Source of the DNA: Octopus vulgaris
Taxonomy: Eukaryota
NCBI GenBank assembly: GCA_951406725.2
Contig: OX597816.1
Location: 76,756,001-76,820,000, forward strand
Length of the DNA: 64,000 nt
Direction: 5' to 3'
Below the pieces are notes generated by a model. The model was not told where the DNA came from and did not search any database. It saw nothing but the letters and a program-made list of their open reading frames with translations. Positions 1 to 13,134 of the stretch are shown here, piece by piece. The stretch's first letter is position 1, and each line of letters starts with the position of its first letter. The translations under genes and the position numbers were made by a program.

Positions 1-92
1 GTTTGGCACTTGGGTTGATGTAATCGATTTAATACCTTTGTCTGTCTATGTTTGTCACCTCTATGTTTAGCCCCCTGTGGGCAGTAAAGAAA
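1..92 (+). mobile_element. 3' end of tRNA-derived SINE (family A)
   Basis: gggttgatgtaatcgatttaa...tttagccccctgtgggcagtaaagaaa matches the 3' half of the intact copy at 42544-42770. Confidence 0.75.
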
Positions 93-1199
93 TATATATA
101 TTTATTTTTATATAGTTACAGTGTTATTGATGTATACGTCTATAACATTCAACAATGATTTTACTAAGGAATGTCAATGTCACAGGCGACTACATAGCTA
201 ACCTGAAGAGCATATTAGATCACGCAATGAAGGTACTCTTCGGTCGGGGATTACCAAGACAGGTTGCTACCAGGTGTTTCTTGAGGCATAAGAAAACTTT
301 TACATACTCTTCGGTCCCGCATGATGTATGAAGATGGCACTGGTGATGTTTCATTTCATGAGCTTATACGTAGCGGCTATTGGAATTTACGATGTGCATA
401 GTTGTAGAATTAGGATTTTCGGTTTATTTGTTTTCTCCTAATGGATTATAGACGTGGCTGCTTTTAGAATTACTTATTGCACTCTTAGAACGTTTCACCT
501 TTGCTTAAGTTCTCAATGGGTTTTGAAAGGAAAGAAATGTTATTTATGTAAGTAGACTATTAACAATTCTTTTATTATGCTAAGTGATTTTGATTGTATA
601 GACACACACGCGAATATAGTATGTGTGTGAGTGTGCATGTGTATGTGTGTGCATGTGTGCGTGTGTGAGTGTGAACATAGATAGATCCATATAGCGTATG
701 AATGTGAACATGTATATTGGGAAAAGTGGCACAGACAGACAATCTCATTCACAGGAGAAACGAATACACAGCTGACACAGGCATGCGCAAGTCTAATTCC
801 TCCTTCAAAACTTCGTGTGTGTGTGTGTATGTGAAAGAATGGTTGTCGTTGTTTAAGTAAATTTCTCTTGAACAGCATTGGAGAATTTTACTTTTGAAAC
901 ATTTAGGAGAGATTATATGGAAGATTTACCAATAAAGTGGCATCGGAATTGTTTTTTGGGTTGTTGGTTACATAGACAGTTTAATCAGTAATTTAGAAAG
1001 AAAAGGTTTCCTCTAAGTGCCGGAAAAGGAAATTGTCACATTCAGAAATATTTCTAGCGTAACAATATATGACGTGAACTTACGATTTGCTTCCAAAAAT
1101 GTTTTCATTGTAGATGTTAGAATTTTATTATTGTCGTTTAGCCTTGCTCGGTCTGAATTATGTATTATCAACGTTATTCAGGTATTATTTATCTCAGCT

Positions 1200-1790
1200 T
1201 AGGCTCCCGCAGATGAAACGATTCTGGCCTTCTTTGCAGAAGATGTGTATGGGTGTTTCCACTGCATGGATTGTCTCTATATCTCTGGTTGAAAGTGATG
1301 AGTCCAACATTCATCCTGAGCTAGGAGACGTTCAAGGAAATCAGCTGGGTCTGAAAAGTGAGCGTTTCCCGTCATGTGATCAGCCTGGTGCACTTTTGGT
1401 CAGGTGCCAGATGTGGCAACCACTATGCAGAAACCTTTGTCACACCAAGTTTATTGTGCAGAATATCAACTCCCAGGATATGCTAATAGTATTGTCGGTT
1501 TGATCTATATAATCAATCGCCTCTCATCTATTACCATGTGGTGGTCACCATCAATGTTTTCTTCGGGGATGGAAGTTGCAGGACGTCCAGACGTTGCACT
1601 GTTGATAAAGCTGGAGCGTCATCCCCTAATGTAGCCACCATAACAAAATGAATATCCTTTAGGTGTTTACCTTATTTCTGCTGGTACTTTATGACATCAC
1701 GATGCCAAATTATGTCTTTTTTCAATGGAAGTCTCTATTAGTTACTTCTGAAATCTTCTTTGAACAGATAGATGTCAGTTTACGTGGAAA
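1200..1790 (-). mobile_element. degenerate mariner (Tc1/mariner) transposase remnant, internally deleted
   Basis: Minus strand across frameshifts reads LGDDAPALSTVQ..SGRPATS..ILHNKLGVTKVSA.WLPHL.PDQK..QDECWTHHFQPE..QSMQWKH..KKARIVSSAG, i.e. the mariner HTH region, the WVPHEL-like motif and the first catalytic D. Confidence 0.8.
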
Positions 1791-2303
1791 GAAACAATGC
1801 AGTTATTAATAAGAAGGGCTGATATTAATGCATTCAAGATTTCACAGCTCCATGCACTTTTCAGCCCACCATCGTACTTTCTTTTTCAGAAATTCTGCCA
1901 TATCCAGATTGTCACTTAGGCACTCACAAAGCCAAGTGCACTAGTTGTTCTTGACATAAATGTGAATTTTTAATCTGAGTGGTGGAAATGAAGGTTTCGT
2001 AGCAATTTTTTGTTGTTCCCTTATTTCTATTTGATTTTTAAAAACATACTTACATCAGCTGGGCTGCTGACTGCTATCACGGTGTATACTTTTTCATGTC
2101 CGTGCTAGACAAGAATATCCGGCCTTTTATGATGGTACTTGATAGTAGTTTTGATGGTAATGTTCTGGTTATATTCCCTGCACTGCAATGCATATATGTA
2201 TCGAATAACTGAGAGATTTCGATATATGTATTTATGTATGTAGGTATGTGTACGTATCTATAAATATATAAATAAAAATAAATGCGTCTGTGAATATATA
2301 CAT

Positions 2304-2818
2304 ACGAGCAAAACGACCCCCGTCCAATGGACGCTGCTGAGTTGTCAAACATTTAAGCCAAATTTTCTCAAAACAACTTGTCCGACCGTCTCATAGGCCT
2401 CCCCTTTGAGAAACACTGATTTAACCTAAATTTGAGACACCAGCAAAAGAAGAAATAAAGATAGTCTTTTTTTCAATTCCCCCCAAAAAAACGATTTTAT
2501 TCACACAAATATGCAACCGAAGAGTTTAAAGTACCACTAATGATAAGGCTGTTGACTGGGAGAACACAAACATGGTTTAAACAGTAAACTTGGCATGAAA
2601 GAAACATGCCTTTAAGAAGTACAAAGACAACAAAAAATGGAAGGTGCAGTTATGTACAGATTGACGGAAGAAAAGCACGTTCCCATGGCTTTATCAATCG
2701 CATTCTCACCTGGAATCGATTTTTGTAATTTTTTCAAGACTTATACACGCCCTGATATCGTCGGTATGTACATATCAAATTTGAGCGCAATCGGATGGAG
2801 GATGTCCGAGATTCGAGA

Positions 2819-2849
<31 letters not shown>

Positions 2850-2870
2850 ACGAATTATATACAAGACATA
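2304..2870 (-). mobile_element. non-autonomous Helitron-like remnant with (CAGA)n microsatellite
   Basis: Hairpin cgtcca-a-tggacg (2321-2333) lies about 12 nt from a CTCG (CTAG-like) end on the minus strand. The other end has caaatttgagcgcaatcggatg...(acag)n...ttatatacaagac, resembling Lep1-type Helitron ends. Confidence 0.45.
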
Positions 2871-3844
2871 TATATGTGTGTGCGTGTGTGTATGTGTGTG
2901 TGTGTGTGTACTTACGCACAGGTAGCTTTGAATCACCCATTTCTTTCTCCGCCACTTATACACGACTGCTACTAGCTTACCAATAAAGACGTGCTCAAAT
3001 ACACGTACACGCCACATACACGCGTTCATAATCCCACACGCGCGTACACATGTACACATGCCATTTATCTCTCTCTTTCCTTCCTACTTTCTCTCAAAAA
3101 ACTATTTTTCATCCGTCCGCTATTTTCTTCCTTTTCTGTCCCATATGTGTAAAATTTCGCTTTTACTTTCTTGGTCTGAGTTATTTCATCTTTTTCTCGA
3201 ATTATACCATTTACTTGGGCCCTTCTTACCATATGCTGAACTCCCTTTTTTATTCTCTTGACCTTTTACCATTTTTTGTGTACTTCTACCAATTTATTAT
3301 TACTTCTGTTCTAATCAGAGAATTCATGCATTTTTCAATCATTTTGGAATTGCTGCTTGAAAATCAATATATTTTCCGACTTCGAGTGTTTTAGTTACAT
3401 ACTTACACCACCTTCAACAACACCATCTGCCTAGCTCTGTTCCTCCCACGTGTGGTTCATCAATACATTTAATCCTACCTGCTTCCCCTCTCTCATCCTC
3501 TCACACAAGTTTTCACACCACCAGCCAAGTAATTGCACACACACGCCAACATCCTCACCTCAACTAATAAACAACACTATACTTCCACATGTACGAACGT
3601 GTATACACATATGCACACCACACAAATACCCGCCCTACTTATGTTTGCTTCCAGACACAGATTGACTCTGATACTCATACACACCTACTCCTCGACCCAT
3701 TATAATTTCCATCAGGTTTCTAGCCCTTCATTTTCATTTTTCACTGATTATACCACTCTCTCACTTCCCTATTCATCTCTCTTATTTACTTTTCTGTTTA
3801 TAAAGTGTTAACGTCAGAAGCATTCAGACTCTCTCAGTCAATCT

Positions 3845-3889
<45 letters not shown>

Positions 3890-4084
3890 ACTCTCTCTGT
3901 GTTCCTATTGAAATGAAATTTAACTATATATCCGTCAAACTTTGTTCGTCTTCTGTTGTCACTTCTAATGATTAGTTGCCTTTAACATACATACTAACAC
4001 ACACGCTCGAGCACTCACATGCGCATATATATATATATGTGTGTATGTGTGTGTGTGTGTGTGTGTATGTATATATATATATAC

Positions 4085-4490
4085 GTGGCTGTGTGGTAAG
4101 TAGCTTGCTAACCAACCACATGGTTCCGGGTTCAGTCCCACTGCGTGGCACCTTGGGCAAGTGTCTTCTACTATAGCCGCGGGCCGACCAATGCCTTGTG
4201 AGTGGATTTGGTAGACGGAAACTGAAAGAAGCCTGTCGTATATATGTATATGTATATATATATGTATGTGTGTGTTTTCGTGTGTCTGTGTTTGTCTCCC
4301 TAGCATTGCTTGACAACCGATGCTGGTGTGTTTACGTCCCCGTCACTAAGCGGTTCGGCAAAAGAGACCGATAGAATAAGTACCAGGCTCACAAAGAATA
4401 AGTCCCGGGGTCGATTTGCTCGACTAAAGGCGGTGCTCCAGCATGGCCGCAGTCAAATGACTGAAACTAGTAAAAGAATAAAAGAGTAAA

Positions 4491-4492
<2 letters not shown>
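4085..4492 (+). mobile_element. tRNA-derived SINE (family B)
   Basis: A-box-like gtggctgtgtggt, B-box-like ggttcagtccc, ccttgggcaag core, internal microsatellite and (gtaaaaga)-like tail; closely matches 49623-50040. Confidence 0.85.
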
Positions 4493-4530
<38 letters not shown>

Positions 4531-4625
4531 TTAGCATCATGTTTTTATTTTGATCATTTTACTCCACCACCTACACCACCAAACGGTATACACAGGTGCT
4601 TATAATTATCAAGTACTCACCCCGA

Positions 4626-4724
<99 letters not shown>

Positions 4725-4743
4725 CATATACATATATATATAC

Positions 4744-4814
<71 letters not shown>

Positions 4815-5279
4815 GAGAGGTGAAAGACAGATGAGACAATTCACAATTTCCATAATGTGTTCCTCATATGTATGAAAGATGAGTTTCGGACCACTGATTT
4901 GGATAATGGTTGCATGCTTCCGTCCTCCAACAGTTAAAGTGTAAACATGTACACCGCTGTAAGCATTGAATTAGATATTTATTTAAGGCTTTCTTTCCTC
5001 TGGGAAGACACGACCTTTCTCTGGAGAATTACGAAACCCACATGTATGAGAAGAAATATTCTCATATCAATCCTTAGTTTTCTTTGTTGAGATTTGTTGG
5101 AATTTTTTAAATGGTAAAATACATAGTTGTATCTGATCAATGATATAGAATGTGTAGGATTCAGGACACTAAAAAATAATGAAGTGTAATACTTATTGGT
5201 ATTATTATGGTATTAGACTGATTAATTATCAAATCAATTAAGAAAAAATAGCAAGTTAATTTTTTTTTTCTCTGAGCAC

Positions 5280-6080
5280 CACAATTCTGATAAATTTGCC
5301 TCTAGTATAATCTATCTCTATCAATAGCTGTTCATGAGTATCTTGCTAGATATGAGCAATATTTTTCCATAAAGTTTAAGAAATTGTCAAGGTGTTAGAA
5401 AGCCTCATTTGTTTCTTCTGTAAAAAAAAATTGTATGAGTGACTTCCCTCTTGCACCTCTTTCTCACTATTATCCCCATCGTCATCTTCATCATCTTTCC
5501 ACTTGCATATCAAAGTGTCAAACGTCACAGGCTCTGCATTAGATGTAATTAGTTCATTAACATCTTCATTTGTGACTTGCAAGTAAAATTAATTCTGAAG
5601 CCGAAATAATCCCTCTGTGACAACTTCAAGGTTGTCATCAACATTTTAAAATTTATTAAGAAACCTGAGTATGTCATTATCCTGTAACCCTGCAGTGTCG
5701 ATATATTTATCGCATCGCAAGCGGCTCCAGTATTATTGATAGCATAACACTAAATTTAGTCTCATCCTCCCTACCAGTTGATTGATATCATGTTTAACAA
5801 TAATAGCCCTTCTTGAAGATTGATATTACTGTTCGGCCCTTTTGCTCAATTTTTCTTCGTGTTACTTGGAAGCAAAAAATACTTCAGATAAGAATAAACA
5901 TGTTACTTCAGGAATCTTTCAAACGAAGACAGCTTCAGTAACATCGCAACGCTGCTATGCAAAATAGACCCCTTCTTCAACAGTATCAACGGTAGCTTGA
6001 ATGAACTTTGTTGTATTTGGTTTATTTTCAATGAATCTCCAAGTAAATTTAGCTACTTTTTTTCCTGAACTTACAAAATA
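5280..6080 (-). mobile_element. degenerate pogo/Tigger-like transposase remnant
   Basis: ORF 5376-5582 (VTNEDVNELITSNAEPVTFD plus acidic tract) resembles a Tigger/TIGD C-terminus; the upstream DDE region is heavily decayed, so boundaries are approximate. Confidence 0.45.
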
Positions 6081-6957
6081 CATTTGCCTGAAATGTCCAA
6101 TGTTTATCTCCCAATATGTAAGTTAGTAGATCGCTTTACCTTAAGTTATAAGATTCACAGGAGCATATTTTATACTGACTGCCAATACATACGTTCAATG
6201 AACATCCCATTTTTTTACATGACTATACCTTATTATTTTGATATAAATGTCGTGGAAATTTTGTGTATATATACTTTGTTTGCCCCTTAATTTTGTAAAA
6301 TACTATTTATTTACTCGTGTTCAAAGCCTTGATTATAGTCGAGTAAGATTGGCCATTTTTTATGTTTAATAATACACTTATTTAACTTTACATTTATTGA
6401 GCCAAGTCATCTTCATAATATCATCAATTTAATATTTTGCATTAATTTTGTAGGATCAATACATAATAAACGTCACGAAAACTAAAATCGCCTTGAAACT
6501 CTGCTTTTTGATAATGGCATCGTTGAAGGATATAAATGTCATAAAGTCGGTTTGTTTACAAACATAAATATGCAACTGGAATCGTTCTGGGAATATTGCA
6601 TGCTTTGGATTTCCTTCTAAACATGCAGATGGCTTTTTGTTTATTAATTTTCATAAACGATTGACTCTACTTTAGTTTATTTGGGGAAAAAGTTATAATA
6701 CATACAAGGTATTTTTTGCATAAAATATATTATTATTGGAGCATTTATAACTCTGTGTCAGTAAACATTAATTGGAAAACGGAGAGAAAAAAGTTTTATG
6801 CACTTCAGCAAAAATATACGAATAGCCATGTTGTTAACATCAGATCAGCAATAAATAAACTGTCATTTGAAAGGGTTCGAAAGTTGAACGATCAAATCTT
6901 GTAGACTACCTGAATGTACTTACATATATACGCTTGGATATAAATATGTATGTGTAT

Positions 6958-7033
<76 letters not shown>

Positions 7034-7086
7034 ATGTATATTTGTATGTGTATCTTTTCACACACACACACACACATATATATATA

Positions 7087-7230
7087 AAGGGAAAGTTTAC
7101 GAAACTAAACAAAAGACGAAGGCAGGTGGTGTACAAACAAACAGCTGTATTAGTATAGTGCTCAGGAATAGAAAAAGTCTTTTACGTTTCGAGCCTACGC
7201 TCTTCTACAGAAAGGTACACAGAAAAAACA
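7087..7230 (-). mobile_element. Penelope-like element terminal (pLTR) fragment with minimal hammerhead-like motif
   Basis: Reverse complement matches the 3' end of the Penelope element at 19720-19835; flanked by (TA)n. Confidence 0.7.
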
Positions 7231-7238
7231 TATATGTG

Positions 7239-7291
<53 letters not shown>

Positions 7292-7436
7292 GTTCACATG
7301 CACATATATGTGTATATATGTTATATGTGTATAACATAGATAAATGTATGTTATACACATTTATTAAAGTGCTTGTATGTTTGTCTCTGTGTGTGTATAT
7401 GATTGTTTTCATTGTAGCATCGTTACTCCTTTTCAG

Positions 7437-7635
7437 TTACACGGATGAATATCGGTTCTGCTGCCTTGCAAAAGGAGTCCCTGACTGTAACCCAAAACCT
7501 GATGAATTCTCGTCCTGCGAAGATCTCATGTCGAACTATGTTCTACGTGCCAGCATATGGATATTAGGGATAACTGCTTCGTTTGGAAACGTTATAGTTA
7601 TAATATGGAGGACGAGAGACAAAAGAAGTGGGAAG
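7437..7635 (+). CDS. GRL101: GRL101/RXFP-like LRR GPCR, internal exon (hinge + TM1)
   Basis: Acceptor cttttcag, donor aag|gtgagc; encodes YTDEYRFCCLAKGVPDCNPKPDEFSSCEDLMSNYVLRASIWILGITASFGNVIVIIWR, the CC...SSCEDL hinge of LGR type C receptors; phase 0 end fits the exon at 45362. Confidence 0.93.
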
Positions 7636-8366
7636 GTGAGCTTTTGTTTAGATTTGTTTAACTATCTTTTATTTCAGCTTTTTACAACACTAATGATAAA
7701 ACTATGTTTTGACCACAAATTATTCTTATTACCAGGACAACTATCACAGCCTGTGTTATTACAGGTACCACTATCAGTACTACAATCACTACAAGAACTA
7801 ATGCAGCCCAAACTAACATCTTTCTGTAGTCAATCACTGCTTCTTTTAACACTTTAACGACTATTGAAAACACATTAAAATCAGCCACTACAACTACGTT
7901 CCCCTCTGTCTACCCATCACCACTTCATGACTATATTCACCAAAATAACTTTCACCAGCTGTTCCAATATTAATATTTAGTATTCATTTTCAAATTTATA
8001 TGATAAATATATTACATAATCTATATTATTATACTACAGACATCTGTCTAACGTCATACATATTCCATATACCGTACGCATTCCGCGAATTATATACATG
8101 AAACACCATTAAACACTGAAGTTATACATCACAACACAATGAGTTTAGCAAGGAAAACTTTCTAGTCATTCGACCGACTAGAAATAGCAGCTAAATTTTC
8201 AAATATCAAATCCGACCATCTTAACAAAAGAGATGCTTTATAATGTGGTCTCGTTTATTTAAATATAAGAAAAAGACGGAATGAACACCTCTGAATGAAG
8301 TACTTTTGATAATAGACCCAGCATTTCAGAGGTGACCTGAAGCAAAGTAAGAAAATCTACACTGGG

Positions 8367-8402
<36 letters not shown>

Positions 8403-8460
8403 TATGTGTGTGTGTCTGTGTATAAATATATATAATACATATATACGTGGGCATATATGT

Positions 8461-8605
8461 ATTAAGTCTTTCCTTGTTTGTTTTGCAAAATAGTGGTTTT
8501 GTCTCTAATAATATTTTATAATATTTTACTATAAAATTGGATTTAATCCTAAATCTGATTTTTTTCCCTGTAAATTTGGATTTATTCCCTAATATTTATT
8601 ATTTA
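8461..8605. repeat. interspersed repeat, probable Penelope-like terminal fragment
   Basis: Reverse complement closely matches 54440-54595 and more weakly 23160-23260. Confidence 0.6.
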
Positions 8606-9060
8606 TATATATATATATATATATACATATGTGTGTGCATACGTGTGCGAGTATTTATGTATTATGTATATTTATGTACATTCACTTATAAGTGCATACA
8701 AATACATACATAGTGTCATACACAGGAGCGCACGCATGTACAATCATTCACATATCTGTGTGTGTGTGTGTACGTGCGTATATGTGTCTGTAGGTATGTA
8801 TGCACATAGGTGCCATCAATAAATTACCAAAATATACGATAATGAAATCATTGAATTAAATGTTTTCTTCATAGTTTATTTTTTAATAATCTCTAAAGCA
8901 TCACCTAAGGGAATGGGCAACAAAAGTTTCTAATGTTAATGTATTTCTCAATAGCATTAATTATGTAAGTGAATCCGATTCATAAGAGTATTGAAACTGC
9001 TTTGTTTGACGCCGTTGCTTAATGGGATATGCATAGTATTGTACCGTATACCGTAATTAC

Positions 9061-9095
<35 letters not shown>

Positions 9096-9133
9096 TCAAA
9101 CATATATAATATTATATAAGACACACACATACA

Positions 9134-9187
<54 letters not shown>

Positions 9188-9300
9188 ATATATAATATTT
9201 ATGTGCGTGTATACATATACATATATATGTGTGTGTGTTTTGTGTGCGTGTGTCATGGGTGCGGGTTTGTATGTTTGCGTCTCTGTGTGTGTTCGTGTCT

Positions 9301-9358
<58 letters not shown>

Positions 9359-9958
9359 ACCAGGTGAATAATTTCCTTTCAATAAACAAAAATCGATATC
9401 ACACTAAAGAAACGTGAAGAAATAAAAACAAAACTATTTCATCAATGGAAATCAGTATTATATCTCAGAAAATTCTCAAATTCGCAGTTGAAGATATTGC
9501 TTTTGGCATAAACCACTAATACCCTTAGAAAGAGCATGAAAATCACAAATTCTCATTTTCTGACATACATACTAACGTCCAAGGCATTGTTCTGTTACGA
9601 AATAATCAATAGTCATCCGATGAATAAAATGCTATAGCGATGCAAGAACTGCATCTTAAGCTGACAGAAACAAGAGCAGATTTAGGCAAATATTTAAGGA
9701 TAAAAAAAAAAACGTAGGTTCACAAATTGCATTGGAATAATTTATAAGGTAGACATTCAACATTACTTTGGATACGTTGAATAAGATTTTATCCATTTCC
9801 TGGAAGCTTCAAATTCAGCTTTCGACAAATCGATAAAATTAATGTATGAAGTTCGCATCCCCTCTTCGTTTGTGCACTCCGTTGCTCATACTAACTTACT
9901 TACATACATATACCTATATATATATAAACACACACATATATATATATATGTATGTGTG

Positions 9959-10004
<46 letters not shown>

Positions 10005-10040
10005 TGTGTCCCTGTGTATGTATATGCTATATGCATATAT

Positions 10041-10142
<102 letters not shown>

Positions 10143-10662
10143 GGGGTTAAGTTAATTGTGATTAAAGTATCACCTCTCCAGTCTTTTGAATAAAAATGTT
10201 TGAATACGCCCTGTGAAGGATAACTTGAAATCTCAGTGAACCTATACACAAACGCACACACACTCTCACACGTACACACACATTCAAACACACACACATA
10301 CACACACACAATCATACGCACATGAAGTATCACATACGAGTAAGCCTTCTATCTCGTTTCTTTCTTTTTTTCTATCAACGAACTGCAACAATGATGGTGT
10401 ACGGCAGTAAGATTTTCATTCCTTTAATCAACTATATTGACTGTAACACTAATTTCAGTTTGGTGCACATTTTAGCGATCTCTACTTGTCGAACCACTAG
10501 CGTGTGAGATAAAGGGATGCGTCACAGATAAGAGCATAAACAGTAGAACCAGTACACACATACACTCATTCAAACACGCAAATAAATAGAGAAACATATG
10601 TAGAAACATATTTACATATACGAATATATGGCCATGCGTATATACATGAACACACACACACG

Positions 10663-10694
<32 letters not shown>

Positions 10695-10700
10695 CACATA

Positions 10701-11020
10701 GGCCTGTGGCTTGGTAGTTAGTATTATTAAGCTCACGTTCGTAAGGTCGTCAGTTCGATTCCCGCCGCCGAGTTATGGTCTTGAGCAAGACACTTTATTT
10801 AACGTCGCTACAGTTCACTCACCTGGGAAAAATGAATTGTACCTGCATTTCAAAGCGCCAACCTTGTCACATTGTGTGTCACGTTAGATGACCCTGAAAA
10901 CTGCATTAAGGTTATGCGTATTTGTGGAGTGGTCAGTCACTTGCACGTTAATTTCATGAGCAGGCTATTCGCTGACAGGATCAACTGGAACCTTCGTCGT
11001 CGTAAATGACGGAGTGCCAG
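10701..11020 (+). mobile_element. tRNA-derived SINE (family C)
   Basis: tggcttggtagtt A-box-like, gttcgattccc B-box, cttgagcaagacac core; homologous to 26720-27030. Confidence 0.7.
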
Positions 11021-11024
11021 TTTA

Positions 11025-11106
<82 letters not shown>

Positions 11107-11263
11107 AATATTATTTTTTAAGGAATAACAATTCCGGCATGACAGAGGTTCAAATTATTCTCAATGAAGAAATACATTTTGATTTAGAGATAGTATACCC
11201 CTACTTCTCACCAAATAAAAATAATTTTTATTTTTATTTTAAATACCTACTGTTTTGTTCCTT

Positions 11264-11358
11264 GGCTACACGTGTTTCATGAGGTACATCCTTGGGTTCC
11301 TAAACCGCTCCGTGTTTCCCTGGAACCCCTCTCAATATGCCACCCCAATCATCAGGCC
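11264..11358 (-). ncRNA. type I minimal hammerhead ribozyme candidate with extended stem II
   Basis: Minus strand: ggc-CTGATGA-[t tggggtg...gggttcc...ggaaccc...tacctca t]-GAAA-CACGTG-TA-gcc. Core intact, stem I ggc/gcc, palindromic stem III ACACGTGT. Confidence 0.65.
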
Positions 11359-11815
11359 CTTATAACTTTATCAACGTTCAATACAATAAACTATATTTTA
11401 ATTTTTAAATCCCATAAATATTTGCAAAATAAGTATGTTTAAATTAGGTATGTTTAGTTTCGCTGGACTCTACAGTACAAGCCATAATTCAGATAAAAAT
11501 TCAAATAAAGATAAGTTACAGAAATAAAAGTTACACGAATTAAAGTAAGGAATAAAAATCACAAAAAATATTTTAAGATTTACAAAAACTATGTTAGTTA
11601 TATATAGTGTTCCAAATAAAATTAAATTTACAAATACTATTTTCATAATATACAAAAAATGTGAATAAAAACGAAAGGAATAGGAATAAAAGTAAATACG
11701 AGTAAAAAAATAATAAAAATAAGAAAATAAAAATAAAGATAGCAAGGAAAATATACACGAATAAAAGTTAATAAACATGGAGGCAATTACGAAGAGATAA
11801 TTTCAAATAAAAAAT

Positions 11816-11954
11816 TTCGAGATGTTTTGTTTCGTATGGGGAGAACACAAGGGGCAGCAGTATTCAAGGTGTGGCCGTACAAAGGAGGAGAAAATTGGAA
11901 TGATGACACCCTGTTCTCTGAACCGAAAGGTTCTTAAGATCCAGGAGCTCATCC
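11816..11954 (-). mobile_element. CR1/L2-group LINE RT C-terminal fragment
   Basis: Minus strand translates RMSSWILRTFRFREQGVIIPIFSSFVRPHLEYCCPLCSPHTKQNISK (RPHLEY motif). Confidence 0.8.
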
Positions 11955-11974
11955 GATGAGCTATATCGACCTTA

Positions 11975-12205
11975 TTGTTGATGTGAGCACTCTAACTGAG
12001 ATTAAAGTCTTGGAAACAAGTTCGAACTCTGATATCATATATCTTGACTTCAGTAAAGCGTTCGACAGGATCGACCATAATGTCTTACTCTCAAAATTGG
12101 CAAATGCTGGAATCCGTGGAAAACTTCTACACTGGACTGAGTATTTCCTGGAGAATAGAACACAACTTGCTGTGGTCGATGGAGTTCACTGAAGCTCAGC
12201 AAAAG
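11975..12205 (+). mobile_element. CR1/L2-group LINE RT fragment
   Basis: DIIYLDFSKAFDRIDHNVLLSKLANAGIRGKLLHWTEYFLENRTQ is the RT domain 3 motif. Confidence 0.88.
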
Positions 12206-13055
12206 TCATAGAACTTACGTTAATGTCAAGAATTTGTAAAGTTTTCTTTGTTGAAGTCCCAGGTGTTCATGACATATACACCATCCAACTGTAAGCGCGA
12301 GCTCTTGGAGTTATGAGAACGTGTAATCAGCGCTGGTGCAGTACATCAATCAAACCTTGAAGTATGAGCTTGAAATGTGAATCTATATTCCTGAATATTT
12401 GATAGCATGAGTACTATAATTTTCGAGCTGTTACCGGTTGTTAGTCGAATATGCGGTCTAGGTAAAATAAAATTTTTAATAAAATTCTATCCTGGATATC
12501 ACGTGCGCAATTTGTGAACTGAAGTGTCTAGCTTACAGATTTAAATACAAAACTACGAGTATAATAACATGAAAATAAGTGTCAGTTGCTTTCTCATATC
12601 TTAAATATCAATGACAAGTGTGTTGAAAGAGGGGCCTATACAAATTAAGCCTTGCCAAAAGGGCATCTGGTGTAAGGGGACATTATATATACAGATAAAA
12701 CATAATGGGGGAAAGGGCAGGTTTCGCATAAAATGTGGTCAAGTGAATAAAAAAAGTAAACGAAAAGAGCCTGTAATATAAATTATATATGATGCACAAA
12801 TACATATACAATAATGCAATCCTCACGGTAAAGCAGAACCTCCAACCAGGCCCCAATAAAGAGCATCACAAGAATAAGTGCTCTCTCCTAATTATTGTCC
12901 TCCGATCTATAGCGTCATATTTAGAGTAGCCCCATCCTCTATTACCATTTCAAATGCAGACACAAGCGTTTTTACAAATTCGCGATAGTAGAGCACTTCG
13001 CCAACATCTTACTTTCAAACTGGAACTTGAAAAGATCATTGATGATGATGACGAT

Positions 13056-13064
13056 AATAATAAC

Positions 13065-13133
<69 letters not shown>
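13056..13133 (+). repeat. (TAA)n microsatellite, 5' flank of Dong/R4 element
   Basis: Visible in sequence. Confidence 0.95.

Positions 13134-13134
<1 letters not shown>

Noticed and set aside
130-540. Possible decayed Penelope GIY-YIG C-terminus on the minus strand (similar hints at 12250-12600 and 56480-56820)
   Set aside because: Only scattered residues match; cannot be supported without a profile search
4884-4935. Hammerhead-like motif on the minus strand (CTGTTGGA-GGAC..GTCC-GAAAC)
   Set aside because: Core and stems I/III too degenerate to call
7234-7857. 207-aa ORF as a complete gene
   Set aside because: Only 7437-7635 is exon; the rest is intronic read-through. The same applies to 48104-48712 and 51613-52095
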